Below are positions 12,728-26,309 of a stretch of 64,000 nt of DNA, one piece after another. How positions within the stretch are numbered: the stretch's first letter is position 1; every line of letters starts with the position of its first letter. This DNA is from Octopus vulgaris (taxonomy: Eukaryota). The translations under genes were made by a program, and so were the position numbers. Where the stretch lies: assembly GCA_951406725.2 (NCBI GenBank), contig OX597833.1:38378001-38442000 (forward strand), in the 5' to 3' direction. The notes below the pieces were generated by a model. That model had not been told where the DNA came from, did no database searches, and saw only the letters and a program-made list of their open reading frames with translations.

Positions 12728-13544
12728 ATTAGTCATGGGTCACGTGTGGGCAGTAGATAGAGAGGAAGGAGCATGAGAGAGAGGAGAGAGAGAGAACAGG
12801 GAAAGAATGAAGAGAGAAAGTCTACAATTATGAGTGAGAGGATGAGAGAGAAGAGAGTAAATTGGGATACTAGGAAAGGAATATGAAGACAAGAGAGAAA
12901 GAAGATAGTCACATAAAATATATAAAATCTTACTGTTAACAAAAGTCGGGATGCATGGCGTTCAGTTAATAAATGAAAAATGCATTAAATACTAAAAAAC
13001 ATACACGTAAGACAGGCACAGATGGACCCTAATTCTTCAGTTATCAACTGAAATACTCAGTTTCATGCCTTTAATTATAAGACCAAGAACTTCGCATATC
13101 GGTGGCACAAAGATTGAGGAGAATTAGGGCTCAAGCAAACAAAACGATTCAGAGTGGATGTACAAAAGTAAATAAATGTAATTTAAAACAATTGATGAAG
13201 ATGGAATAAATACAGCCTTTTGGCCAAACAGACGTGAATGCTGGGTAACACCTGGAAGAAATCCTGAATGGATATAAAAAGAGAAATAGCAAGAGAGGAG
13301 ATAGATATTGACCGGCAAGCTAAGCGTCCAGTGCCAAAAGGCAGAGAGATGAGAAAATTAGTCATGGGTCACATGTGAACAGTAGATAGAAGGGAAGGAG
13401 GATGAGAGAGAGGGAGAGAGAGTGGCAGAGTGAACAAGGAAGGAGAAAGTCTACAGTTATGAGTGAGAGGACGAGAGAGTGGAAGAGAGGATGATGGGAT
13501 GCTAGAAAAGGAATATGAAGACAAAAGAGAAAGAAAGAAGATAG
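12728..13544. mobile_element. Element bounded by ~180-bp purine-rich direct repeats (possible Penelope-like partial tandem)
   Basis: ATTAGTCATGGGTCAC..GAAGATAG at 12728-12908 and 13357-13544; truncates a SINE tail at 12727. Confidence 0.5.
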
Positions 13545-13564
13545 AGGTCCAACATTCTGAGTCT

Positions 13565-14170
13565 AGTCCTTACCACTTCATCCCATGTCTTTCAGGGTCT
13601 CTCTCTTCTGCGTGTACCATCCACTTTCAGTAATTGGCACTTCTTCATTCATACGCATCACATGTCCCAATCTACATAGTCTTCTCTCTTGCATGCTACA
13701 TTTGGTTCCTCTTATGCCCAACTTTTCTCTCTATACATTTGCACTTTGTTGTACATGCATATTGATGTTGCACATCCAACAGAGCATACTACTTTCATTT
13801 CTCTTCAGTCTGTGTATGTCTTCTGCATTCAGAGCCCATGTCTCACTACCATGGAGTATAGCCGTTAATACACAAGTTTCATACAATCTATCCTCCACTC
13901 TGAACTTCCTCCATCCTATTCTTATTCTAGAAATAATACTTTCAAAACATCCTCCACCATTGCTAATTTGGTCACCTAGGCAACAGAAACTATCTGCTAC
14001 CTCAAGAGAGCCTCCTGAGTGTTTGAGAGAAACTAAGTCCTGTGTGCTCTTAGTGCTTATTGTTCCTGCACGTCTACCACATGTGAAGACAGCTTCATCT
14101 GTTAATCTACTTGTGATTTCAATGCACCTCTTATGTGTCTATAGCTTACATTGGGTGCAATGAGTGGAAT
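13565..14170 (-). pseudogene. RTE-clade LINE ORF 3' remnant
   Basis: Minus-strand peptides CTQCKL*THKRC..FTCGR, FCCLGDQISNGGGC, LHGSETWALN, MLCWMCN and RRLCRLGHVMR are typical of the RTE C-terminal region. Confidence 0.85.
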
Positions 14171-14532
14171 GACTTCTGTCTACTAAATCCACTCACAAGG
14201 CTTTTGTCAGTCCAAGGCTATAGCAGAAAACACTTTCTCAAGGTGCTATGCAGTGAGACTGAACCTGGAACCATATGGTTGGGAAGCAAGCTTCTGATCA
14301 CACAGCCATGCCTGCTAACTTTTTTCTCTAATGTCTTTCCTTGTTTTGCTGCTGGTCTTGTGCCCTGTGTGAACACCAATGTTTTCAGGAATTTTGCATT
14401 CTCCTTGAAATCCTTCATGCTGTTTACTGAAAAGGAATTGTCAAGAACATTCTTTATATGTATTATCATACTTCGTTTGGACCTCTGTGCATGCCCATAT
14501 TATATATACATACATATATGTGCATGCATGCA

Positions 14533-14583
<51 letters not shown>

Positions 14584-14589
14584 TTTTAA

Positions 14590-14915
14590 TCTTTTACTTG
14601 TTTCAGTCATTTGACTGCAGCCATGCTGGAGCACTGCCTTTAGTTGAGCAAATCGACTCCAGGACTTATTCTTTGTAAGCCTAGTACTTATTCTATCAGA
14701 CTCTTTTGCCCAACCGCTAAGTTACAAGGACGTAAATACACCAGCATCAGTTGTCAAGCGATGGTGGGGGGACAGACACAAACGCACACGCACACACGAC
14801 GGGCTTCTTTCAGTTTCCATCTATCAAATCCACTCACAAGGCTTTGGTTGGCCAGAGGCTATAGTAGAAGACACTTGCCCTAGGTGCCACACAGTGGAAC
14901 TGAACCCGGAACCAT
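14590..14915 (-). mobile_element. CORE-like (OR-type) SINE, well preserved
   Basis: Tail, body and core are all present; CpGs largely retained. Confidence 0.85.
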
Positions 14916-16106
14916 AAGAATTGGGAAGGGCATCAAGTTGTAGAAACCATGCCAAATCAGACTGGAAACTGTTGCTGCTCTCTGATTTACCAGTTCCAGT
15001 CAAATTGTCTAACCCATGCCAGCATGGAAAGCAGACCCTATATGATGATGATGATAATATATACAAACATATATATGTATAAAATTCAGGTAATATGTCT
15101 GATAATATGAAACGTATATGATTAGCGCTCAGGTTGACCTGTTGCCTGGACTTACTATATAACTGTTCAAAGAGAATACCAGATATACCATTCAACATTC
15201 CCCAACTGATCTTTTATCGACCTCTTGTGATCTAAACTCCTGTAACATTCAGTTCCACTCTCATGTTGTGTCAATGTTTAAATATATAAATGTCATAATC
15301 TAACCTGATACCAGTTTGCCTGTTTAGACTTTTATACTATTATATATATGTATATATACACACACACACACACTTATATATATACACAGACATAGATACA
15401 GACGCACACACAGACTCACATTTGTGTGTGTATATGCATGTATTTGTATATATATGTGCATTTGTGTCTGCTGCATCCTCGTGATTAATTTTCACTCTCT
15501 TTCTCTCTCTCTCTCTTTTACTCACCTCTCTCCCTCTTTCTCTACCCACTCCTTTCTCACTACTACTGTATTCTTTTTGTTATAAAAGAGTCTGCCATAT
15601 CTGATTTTTCATTATTTGCATGTCTGTCTGCCTGCCCTCGTGATTTATTCCTTTTTCTCTCTCCTTCTTCGTTTCTGTTGCACACATACACATAATCTCA
15701 CACATGCACACACACACACATACACACGCATGCACACACGTGTCTGTCTGTGCATGTGCTTAATTGCTTGTATGTTTCTTTTTAAAGCATGTGTGGTTGT
15801 GGGTGTGTTGTGTAGGTGTGACTGTCTGCACCCACCTGATTTTGTTTTTCTATGTGAAGAAGGTATCTTTGCTTTTACTTTGTTGTGTTACATGCGTGCA
15901 GTTGTATGTATGCTTATGCAAGTGTACATGTCTGTGAGTTTCTATGTTGTGCTTGTGTTTTTGTTTCCCTGAAATTCTTGATATCTGTATGTGTGTGCAT
16001 GAGTGCATCTACATTTCATCTCACTGTATGTGTATACATACATATATATTTTCTGTCTGTCTCTCTTTCTCTGTGTATATATATATATATATATTTCTCT
16101 CTCTCT

Positions 16107-16157
<51 letters not shown>

Positions 16158-16354
16158 CACATACATACATACACATATACACACATGTATATACATATAC
16201 ATACAATCTTCATTTTCCTTGTGTGTATATATGTATATCTTCACTCCATCCATGAGTATATGTGCATGTCTGTATGTATACATTTAAACATACATATGTG
16301 TGTGTGTGTGTATATATATATATATAGATATATATATATATATATATATATAGA

Positions 16355-16386
<32 letters not shown>

Positions 16387-16750
16387 TAATCTTCACTTTT
16401 TCCTTCTGTGTATATACATATATCTTCACTCCATCTATGTATGTCTGCTATCAGCTTAACTTGCTGTATACGATAGAAATTTGTTGATCAGCTGTCCCTG
16501 ATTTCTGTTTGGGTCCCTTACAAGATTATTGTGGCGGTGAGGACATGTTGGTAGTGGTGAGCTGCAAAAGGGGGTAGTAGTTATGGTATGGTGGTGTGTT
16601 GTGGAAGTGGTAGTATGTGTGGTAGTGATAGTGAAGGGTGGAAAAGTGTTGGCAGCAGTGCATCTTTGAGCTTTCCATGTAGATGTTGATGGAATTTTTA
16701 TGAATGTATATTTGAGTCTGTTTATGTCAGTGTGTGTGTGTGTGTGTGTA

Positions 16751-17118
16751 TCTTTTATCTTGTTCCAATTATTAGAATGCAGCAATGCTGAGGCACCACC
16801 TTGAAGAATTTAATTTTTTGTTAAGTCTGGTTCTTATTTTATCTGTCTTTTTGCTGGACCTCTAAGTTATGGGGACATAAACATAGCAACACCACTTTTC
16901 AAGCGTGGGAGAGGGACAAACACAGAGAGAAAGTTGCATACACACATATTTGTATGCATATATACAACAGGTTTCTTTCAGTTTCTGTTTATCAAATCCA
17001 TGCAAAGCTTTGGTCAACCCGAGGCTATAGCAGAAACACTTGCCCAAGGTGCCATGCAGTGGGTGAACCCAGAACCATGTGGTTTGGAAGCAAACTTTTT
17101 ATCACACAGGCACACCTG
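16751..17118 (-). mobile_element. CORE-like (OR-type) SINE
   Basis: Head ..GGAAGCAAACTTTTTATCACACAGGCACACCTG; core AGAAACACTTGCCCAAGGTGCCA. Confidence 0.8.
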
Positions 17119-17575
17119 TGTCTATATGCACGCACACACACCACTACCACCACGACCATCATCATCATCATCATCATTATTATTTAGTATCTGTTCTCCA
17201 TGCTAACATAGGTTGATGAGAACTGGTAAGGCCAGGGACCACACCAGGTTCCACAGTCTAGTTTGGCTTGGTTTCTACAGCTGGATGCCCTTCCTAACAC
17301 CAACCACTTTTATAGTCTGTACTGCGTGCTTTTTATGTGGTACCAGCACCAACACCAATGCTTTTTTGTGTGGTGCATTGGTTTTAGGATATCAACTCTG
17401 TTGTGGTGGGCAATGCAACCAGCCATTTTGTAGAATATGTGGGGGACATTTTATTCTACCACTGACACTAGAGAGTATCTGTTTTTCATGTGTGCACACA
17501 TCCATGCATCTGAATATGTTTATGTTCAAAATCATATACACACAAGTTGATAGTCCAGTATTACTCACATACACA

Positions 17576-17620
<45 letters not shown>

Positions 17621-17741
17621 AATATGCAGTTCAGTATTGTAAAATACAGTCATAGTCTCCTGTGTTATATAGCACCTTCACAGCTCTTTCTTGCCGGCAA
17701 GTATGACTTAGTAATGTGTACTATGCCTCATTAACCCTTAA

Positions 17742-17962
17742 CCCTATAGTATTCAGATTACTCTGTTAAATATAATATTTTTTTTACTCAAATTGTTTTG
17801 AATTAATCAAGCATTATCTTATAGCTTTGAGGTTTCAATGATGTGATTGTTTATTTTTAGAATGTTAATGTAGGTTAGGTGTGAGAGGCTAGATATTGCC
17901 AGTTTGAATAGAAAACATGTAGAATATCTGGGCCAGATATGGCCAGTTTAAACACTAAAGGG
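17742..17962. mobile_element. piggyBac-like MITE family A, nested in a piggyBac terminus
   Basis: TTAA at 17738-41 and 17963-66; TIRs CCCTATAGTATT / AACACTAAAGGG. Confidence 0.85.
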
Positions 17963-18102
17963 TTAAACAGTGGACATCATCAATTGATGTTTCAAAAGTT
18001 TTACATGGATACAGCCATCACTATTTGGTGCCTGAGTGTCTACTTCTACAAAATGCACATAGGTGTAAGTAGCCCTTATCAATGACAGAAATCAAGTTGC
18101 AA

Positions 18103-18354
18103 ATGGAAGATTTATACAGTGATAAAGAAGTTTTTGCTAATTTTCCTTTATCATCAGATGATGATGATAATGATGACATTCTAGATAACACGAAAGAAAA
18201 TGATTCTTCAACTAACTCTGGATGGAAAATGTGCCACAATATTTCTCCATTTCTGCATTTCTTTGATAATAATGTGGGAATCTCAAATGAATCTATACTC
18301 ACATCAGATGCAAAGGAAAGTGAATATTTTACAGCATTTTCAGACGAGATGATA
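18103..18354 (+). pseudogene. piggyBac transposase N-terminal fragment
   Basis: Acidic tract SSDDDDNDD, then W..PFLHFF..VGI..SEYFTAF; this resembles the start of piggyBac/PGBD transposases; downstream of a TTAA-CCC terminus. Confidence 0.55.
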
Positions 18355-19044
18355 AATTTTTATTGTTTTTGCATATTTAAAGTGAAAATAAGTAAAAAAA
18401 AAAAAAATGATTTTTGTGTTTTGCCCATTTAGCTCACATATTCATGCGACCCTTTGGTTTAGGGTGCCTTTGTAGTTGCAAACTAGATACAGATGTCAGT
18501 TTAGACTTCCTATCTTTGACCAAGCAGCACATTCAGGATGAGGCAGCTGGAGGAAGAGAGGGCTGTACTTGCACTTGGCTGGCAGTTATTTCAGCTGGAG
18601 CAATGATAAATGAAGTTTCTTACTCAAGAATGCAATGTGCTGTCCAGTCCAGCAATTGAACTCAGAACTTCAATCCAACACCCTGACCATACACACACAC
18701 AAAATTACACAGCCCAGTATTATAAGTGTGCATACACAGCTGTGTAGCTCAGCATTATACACACAGCTACACTGTCCATTCCAATATTATACATACACAC
18801 AGTGTTTCGCAGTCTAGTCCATCGTCTATTTTTCTGTCTGTCTCCGTTTCTCTTGTGCATACACACACACACACAGCTATACACTTCAGTGTTATACAAA
18901 CACATACGTAACTATACAGTCCTGTGTTACACTAAAACTGTGAGGTAAGAAACTACTTGAAATTGTTTGTTAAACAGCTTCATTACTGGTGATAGCTTAA
19001 TGATGCTATATAGTAGTACATCTGTTATTGTTGCTGCTCTTCTA

Positions 19045-19054
19045 GCAGCAGCAG

Positions 19055-19117
<63 letters not shown>

Positions 19118-19172
19118 TTGTTGTTGTTGTTGTTGCTATAGTTACCACCACCACCACTGCAGCTGCAACTAC
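19045..19172. repeat. Compound triplet microsatellite (GCA)(CTA)n(TTG)n(CCA)
   Basis: Directly visible. Confidence 0.95.
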
Positions 19173-20174
19173 TAATTGCTTTGTTTTTGCCAGTCTCACT
19201 AATTTCTTTGCTGACCTTAGTCTACTAAAATCACTGTTGATGGACTGTCATTGTAATTATCTATCATCTTTGAAAGAGGCTACTACTGCTTGCCCTCCTC
19301 CTTCTCCCCCTCCATAAACAACTAAAGAATCTTCCTCCTTATCAATGCTACCACACCAACCAGCATCAGTACTTATGCTGTGAAAAAATATGGTGGATTG
19401 GTGGTGGTTAGATGAAACCCTTAAGGTCATCAAATAGTCACTTTAGTATCATTTGACCAAAAAAAAAAAAAATGTACACCACTGTGATCACCTACCGTTA
19501 GTTATATGCTAACTAATGAGGAAGTTTCTATGCGGACATTTGATTTGCTAGGAATAGCAACAACTCCTTCAAATCACACCCTATCATCTTATGGAAAGAC
19601 GGTGCGGTCGGTAGTCTTTGGTGTCTTCTATAAAGTTGCTAAATTTGAGTCTTGCATACTTGAGACTGTAGCTAGTGATGTTTACTGCAAGTTCTTTAGC
19701 CTTGTTTAGATCATTCTCTTCTATCATTTTGAGAACTTTATCCATATATCTTCATTCATATAATCGCTTTCGGGCTCCAATTTTATCTTCATTTATTGGT
19801 TGGATTCGAAGGTAACATTGGATAGCAAGGACTTGTACTTTATTTTACCATCATTACTGACAAGTTACAACTAACTAGGTTGATCTATTGCATTGTCCAA
19901 AATTAGTATTACTTTTACTTCATTAGCAAAAACTTTGAGGACATCTTCCTGGCACTACAGGAATGAAACATGAGGGGGGAAAATGCTGATGGGGGAACCA
20001 ACACACTGAAAGCAACCTAAGGGGTCATCCTGCTAGGACATTTATTGACAAACTGGTTAAAAATTCCAGTCTATTGAAGAGCTGCCTACCAAGAGCAATG
20101 CAGGTTAAATAATTCTGGAGACTAGTGGTTGATAATATTCATGTATAAATGAAACAGTATTATTATTTATTAAT

Positions 20175-20388
20175 AAGGCTGTGAGCTGGCAAAATTGTTA
20201 GCATGCTGAGGAAATGCTTAGTGTTATTTTTGCCTGTTGCTCTGTTCTGAGTTCAAATTCCACTGAGGTTGACTTTGCCTTTCATCCTTTCGGGGTCAGT
20301 GAAATTAGTACCAATTGAAGACAGATCGATGTAATCAACTCATCCCCTCTCCCCAAATTGCTGCTTTTGTGTCAAAATTTAAAACCAT
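20175..20388 (+). mobile_element. Nin/Deu-domain SINE
   Basis: GAGCTGGCAAAATTGTTAGC head; GACTTTGCCTTTCATCCTTTCGGGGTC. Confidence 0.85.
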
Positions 20389-20439
20389 TATTATTTATTA
20401 TTATTAAAAACGTCACACAGTATCCAATATCATGATGTT

Positions 20440-20646
20440 GATTGAAGATATTGTGTCTACGGGGGGGGGGGGGTTGTATTGTCTGTCAAGCCACAACAAG
20501 GACCTCAAACTGACATTACTTTATGCAATATGCATGCATTTCCAAGTAATGCTAATTTTTGTAATACTCTTATATTGTAGGCTATTTCTAAAGTTCCCAG
20601 GTGTTTCTTCGGGTTGGGTGGTATTGAACCCAATGCTCCAATGACA
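20440..20646 (-). pseudogene. 3' end of an R4/Dong-like (restriction-like endonuclease) LINE
   Basis: Minus strand VIGALGSIPPNPKKHLGTLEIAYNIRVLQKLALLGNACILHKVMSV* matches the VIGALG..LQKxxLLGxxxIL C-terminus of RLE-bearing LINEs. Confidence 0.75.
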
Positions 20647-20647
20647 T

Positions 20648-20678
<31 letters not shown>

Positions 20679-22640
20679 GTAGTAGTAGTAGTCGTATATT
20701 CCATTTCTAAATCACTACAATCCTCATCCTAGTTTCAACATTCTTGATAGCCATATACTTAGCTTGTGCAGCAGTGCAGTATTTGGAATTTTTGCATCTT
20801 GGAATGGTGTTACTGCAGTATCATTGGTGAATAAAAATCATTTTGTCACAACCTTCTCAGGATTATCTTTTGCAATTCTTATATGTTTCCTTGCCCCAGC
20901 AGTTAATGATTTAGAATTTACATCAGTATCCTATTTCAAAGAAAATTTAATGGGCTTGTCTTTAGCCTTGTGTCTGCCCAAAACTTTACTTTTTATCATC
21001 ATATTTCTCACAAACTCTTTATGCTGAAGCACTGGCTTCTGTCTTACTTTAATAAGATGTAGTTTCTAGTTAACAAATAGTCACATGTTTCATGTTTAGA
21101 TTATTCCTTTCACTTGAGTACCTGATCTAAAATACAAGGCTGAAAGATGCATTTTCACTGAAATATGAAAAAATACTGAGAAACATAAATTATGTTGCAT
21201 ATAGTGGTTATTATTACAATGTGCACTGTGTTACTGCGCTCAATCTACTAGTCTTGCATAGTAGTATAATTCGATAATAAACATTAACTTGAAGCTGTTT
21301 TGACCTGACTTAATTTTTGTTTCTTAGCATGTATTAAATTTCAAAGTAAATAGTAGCCAGGTTGTATCACATTACCCCAAAACAAATATTATTATTAAAA
21401 ACGGTCAGTTTCATGTAATGAATTTTCAACAAATTTTTATATAAAATGTAGTGTTTATTGAAAGGGAGTGTGAGAGCTAATAAGAAAAATTGAATATAAA
21501 CAAAGAGAATCCGGGAGAAGAAAGCAACATCTGAATTCAAAAGATAAATTAACTCTGCTACTAGTGATGACAGCAGGTGCAGTGATGATGATAATATCAT
21601 TGAAATATCTCCAAAAAATTATAAGGAAACTAAGTTGTGTTGTTTTGGTGGTTATTTATCATGATGTGCACCATTCTGAACCTACACATCTTGCACAAGT
21701 ATTTCTTAAAAATAAATGTGCAATCTCCAACAGAGGATGATAATGATACCAACAGTTATGATGTGATGTTGTAAACAGTTATGGTGATGATATCAATAAT
21801 GATTATGATAATGATGATAATTGATGTCAACTGCAATTGTGATGATGATAATGGTACATCATCAACAGTTATGGTGATTGTGACAATGATATCATCAGTT
21901 ATAATGATATCAGCAGTTATTATATCATATATTAGTAGTTGTAATAAGGTCACACTTTCAATACCACATGTCTCAAATCACCAAGCAATCAGGAAGGAGG
22001 TACCAAATCATATTAATGCTGATATAAACTGGCATCATATCAAGTGGCAGATCTGTAAGCATTGGCCCATGACATTTAGTTGTTGTTCCAGAGGCATTCA
22101 TATTTACCTATAGACATCCAGATACACCATCTTCTTCAGAACAATACTATAGAAAAAAAAAAAAAAGAATAAACACTCCCTATCTCCCATCTAATCAAAC
22201 AAGATTGCATTGATGAGCTAATGAATCAGCATGTATGCTAGAAATAGCAGTCAAATCCCCTTCAGCTCACATCTTAGCTTAAAAAAAGACATTAGATAAT
22301 ATAGTCTTAGATAATATAGTCTAAAAAGATGGATTGGTCATGATTGGAATTCCTTTGATTATAGTTCTTCTCAGTGATGATCAGGAGCTTGACAAGAACA
22401 GCAACAAACAAACCTGGCAAGAAAAAGTTGTGATTTGATCCCAGCTGCCTTGCTGCATACTTTATTGGTCAACTACTGCATACAGAAACAACATGACTAA
22501 CTTGGGCTACAAACTCAAAAGTTCAGCTGTGTATTTCAGCAATACTCTTAATTCTGCATATGTAACTGCCAAAAGGTATCCACCAGATGATCAGAGATTG
22601 TTGTTTGAGACACACTGGTCTCTTATCAGTTAAAAATTTC

Positions 22641-22945
22641 ACAGGTGTGGCTGTGTGGTAAGCAGCTTGCTCCCCAACCACATGGTTTTGGTTTCGGTCT
22701 CACTGTGTGGCATCTTGAGTGTCTTCTAATTATAACCACAGGCTGGTGAAAGTAGCGTGAGTGGATTTAGTAGAATGAAACTGAAAGAAGCATGTGGTGT
22801 GTGTGTGTGTGATGCTGTCCTCTTGCCTGGAAACAAGTGAGGGTTGGCATGGGAAAGGGTAACCAGCCTTAGAAAATCTGCCTCAGTAAACTCTGCCTGA
22901 CCAATGTAAGCATGGAAAAGTGGGTGTTAAACCAGTGCTGATGAT
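22641..22945 (+). mobile_element. CORE-like SINE head with RTE-type tail
   Basis: GGTGTGGCTGTGTGGTAAGCAGCTTGCT head; GAGGGTTGGCATGGGAAAGGG..GCATGGAAAAGTGG tail. Confidence 0.75.
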
Positions 22946-23525
22946 CTCATTTGCTTAAAGCCATAAAACTGGAGCTAAGTACTGATCCTTGGGTAAAAAC
23001 AAAACAAAGCAAGCACATCGTCACTGGTCCCCAGAGACATTTTAATCAATGTGAGGTGGGAATATGTGCTATAGCTCTAGTTTGGGCTGACACATGTTAG
23101 ATGTGATATTGTTAGAGTTAAAAGTTGCTTCCAAATCATATTGGTTGGTTGTCTTAAAATTGTAGGTCTCTTCTGATTAGCAACTAGTTGGAATCTTTAG
23201 GGTAACAGATAGAATACCTTGTTGTGTTTGTTCTGGTTTTTTACATTGAGTTCAAATACCATTGTAGCCTATTTGGGTTGGTAGGCTTAATCTGTTGCCT
23301 GGTTTAACATCACCACTTGGTCCTCGAGGGACTTTATCAAAGCCCACTCTGCTGCAGGCATTTGGCCTCGGTCCTTCTTTCTTTACCAAGTTTCATGGGC
23401 CATGAAAAGGAGCATTGATATGGTCATTCAGTCTGACAAAGCACCCAACACCAGAGAAGAAAACATTAATGTCAAGTTTAAAGCTATCATCTACTGTAGA
23501 AATGCTGTTGATAAAGGTGCTTTAA

Positions 23526-23740
23526 CCCTTTCATTACTGTATTTATTTTGAGATACTCTGTTTTTAATTACTCTAAATATAACCAAGAATTTAGTAAAAT
23601 AACTTAGTGATCATTCAGCTAGTGTTAGGAACATAAATTGTGTCTAAGGTTTGGTGGAAGATTTTAATTCAAAACTTAGGAAAATTAGACATTTGTACTT
23701 AGAGCCAAAGCTGGTTTCAGTTGGGTTGGTAACGAAAGGG
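23526..23740. mobile_element. piggyBac-like MITE, family B
   Basis: TTAA|CCCTTTCATTAC ... GTAACGAAAGGG|TTAA. Confidence 0.85.
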
Positions 23741-23806
23741 TTAACATAGTCACATGAGTCCACCCAATATAGCACCCAAAATGTTCCATCTACAATAAAG
23801 TCTGTC

Positions 23807-24149
23807 CAATCTTAAAATATCTCGAGTCTTTTTTAAAAAAAAAGAAACACTACCCCCACACCCACTAAATCAAGCACAGCTTCCTCAGTGATAATTATTG
23901 AATGAGTTGAGTTAGAATGCTAATCCTAACATAGTGAATGTGACTCAAACTGATACCGCACACATATTTGCATGTGGTGCATATTTGTAGGCTGAAGTTG
24001 CTAAGTGCTTTGATGAGCAGTCTCTGTGACATTGGTTTTTGTTCACTTGAAGCTGATTAGGACCTCTCAGCAGAAGTTAACAGCAACAATAGTTGTTAGA
24101 CCAACACTGCAGGCTGGATAACTGGTGTCTTAATTCAATACAGCTTTGA
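23807..24149 (+). repeat. Copy 1 of a ~340-bp direct duplication
   Basis: Near-identical to 26310-26662. Confidence 0.95.
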
Positions 24150-24995
24150 TGCTGCACTAATTGTTACCTATGGTATTAACTTGCTGAGTTGTTGCACTTA
24201 CTGATTAGCAGCACTGATGTGCATTTGTAAATAGTTGCAGTCTTTAAGATGCTATTTGTTTATGCTTTTGTTGATGATTGTGATTATGGTGGTACTGATT
24301 ATGATGTAGGTGGAAATGCTGATGGTGGTGGTGGTAGTGATTATGTTATTATTGCTGTTAAGTTTTTTTTTGTTGTAATTGCATACACAGATGCACATGT
24401 GCAAGCATAAGTATTCATGCAGATACACATTCACATACTTCATGCATACAATCACATTTATAGACAGCTATGCACATACACATGTTTTACATATCCAGTT
24501 ATACACTTTTAGATGCAGACATGATCCTACACTTTATGTCCATGGTAGAGACTCCTATGTGGTGGCTCAACCTGTTAAAGTGGTTAATCTCCTTCAAATG
24601 ATATCCCATCATCTTTAAAGGTAAGACATTGGATGATATCACCTTAGATACATTGCAACAAAATAACAAAAAAAAAAGGAAAAGAAGAAAAACCACAATG
24701 GACACAGAATGCTTTTCATTGTAGACCTCCTCAATTAGGGTTGACCATTCACATAGAAATACTGTACATGAAAAAAAGAAAGATACACACATATACATAT
24801 ACCTACATAGTTTTCTGCAACTAATGTTGCATATACACATTATCATTTGTAGTGCCTAACCATTCTGATCTTGAAAATGGTTGATGTTTGGCTGTCATTT
24901 AAAGTGTGAGTCAGTTCATATCACAAGTCATTAGAGCTCTAATGTTCTTTTTAATGACTCTGTTGATGATAATGGTAGTGGTGGTGGTGTGTGCG

Positions 24996-25030
<35 letters not shown>

Positions 25031-26309
25031 TTGTGTAACTGCTACTGTGTATCTTGCATTACATTCATATATTAAGAGATAGAGTAGTAATGAAGTCATT
25101 ATGGTATTGACTGATATTATATTGCGGTGATTGCTGTTGGTACCATCTTTGCTGCAAATTAAATGGCATTAGTGCCAATAGAAATGTCTTAGCTCTACAT
25201 TGCCCCAGTTCATCTGGTTGTCTAGAGATGTATAGGTATCAGATCATCTGCCAGTGTTGCTTGACAAAAGCATGGATGCCATTCTATTTCATTAGGTTAC
25301 AAGTGATAAAAGTTGTAGAATAAGATGGATGCTCCAGATAAGGGCCAAGCCTAACGAATCAGCTTCAGTTCACAGTTATGTGGAGACAGCTTCTGAGAGC
25401 TTTATGTTATTATCTTTTAATGGTATGGCTGTTCCAGCATATCTCCTTTGCTATCCTCCAGGGCAATGCCTTTCCCATTTTGTCTGCTGGGAAATGTGAT
25501 GGTCTGAATTATCAAAAGGGTTAAACTCATACATAACAGGTTAGGAAACACACCAGAGTTTAAGCCTTCTAATATGAGCATGCATGTATTGATCCCTTTA
25601 TAGACATCTGAGCTCCAGCATCCTGTGTGCAAGCATTTTAGTGGGAGACCCAATGTGTCAATACCTGTTCTTAATGTTGCTAGCTTGTTCTTGTACACCT
25701 TTAGCAGAGGTAACTTTGTTGCAAGCGTTAGAATAGTTCCAGTTCCTTTGTCTATATTTCTCCTTGCAGATTGGGCATTATAGCTACATCAAGCTTACCA
25801 GTCTGGAAGTGCCTGCAGACTTATTCATATATGCATGGACAACCACTCCACTCCTAATTTATAAAAATAGGAAAAAAGAAACAAAAATAGCACTAACATT
25901 CTATGAAGGATGAAATTTGTCTCTGTAAGGACAAGTCTTGTTAGGAATTTGCTGAAACGGCTGTGTCTGCTACTCAGAGTTGATATAGCAAACAACATAG
26001 AAGTCCTATGGTGATTCACCATAACTTGATTGTTCTATTATTGCATTTGGATTGATTTAAGGGTAGTTTCCACCTTGCTGTTCCTCTTTTAATTTTTTTT
26101 TTAGGGTCAGTACTATTAACTAAAACCCATGAAGTAGTGTCTCCTATGGATGTAGGCCAATAATGAAAAAATAAAGGAATACATAAAAGTTTTTATATAC
26201 TCTTCAAGTTTTTATGGACTGATGCTTAGCCCTGGTTTCACTGTATTAAGTGAATGACAGATAAATCTCTTTTTTGATAGGATACCAATAACATAACCTT
26301 ATGATCTGA

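Noticed and set aside
13585-14163. 192-aa plus-strand ORF
   Set aside because: Antisense shadow of the minus-strand RTE remnant
22641-22715. tRNA-like sequence (and equivalents in other SINE heads)
   Set aside because: No closed cloverleaf; it is continuous with the SINE core, so not a tRNA gene
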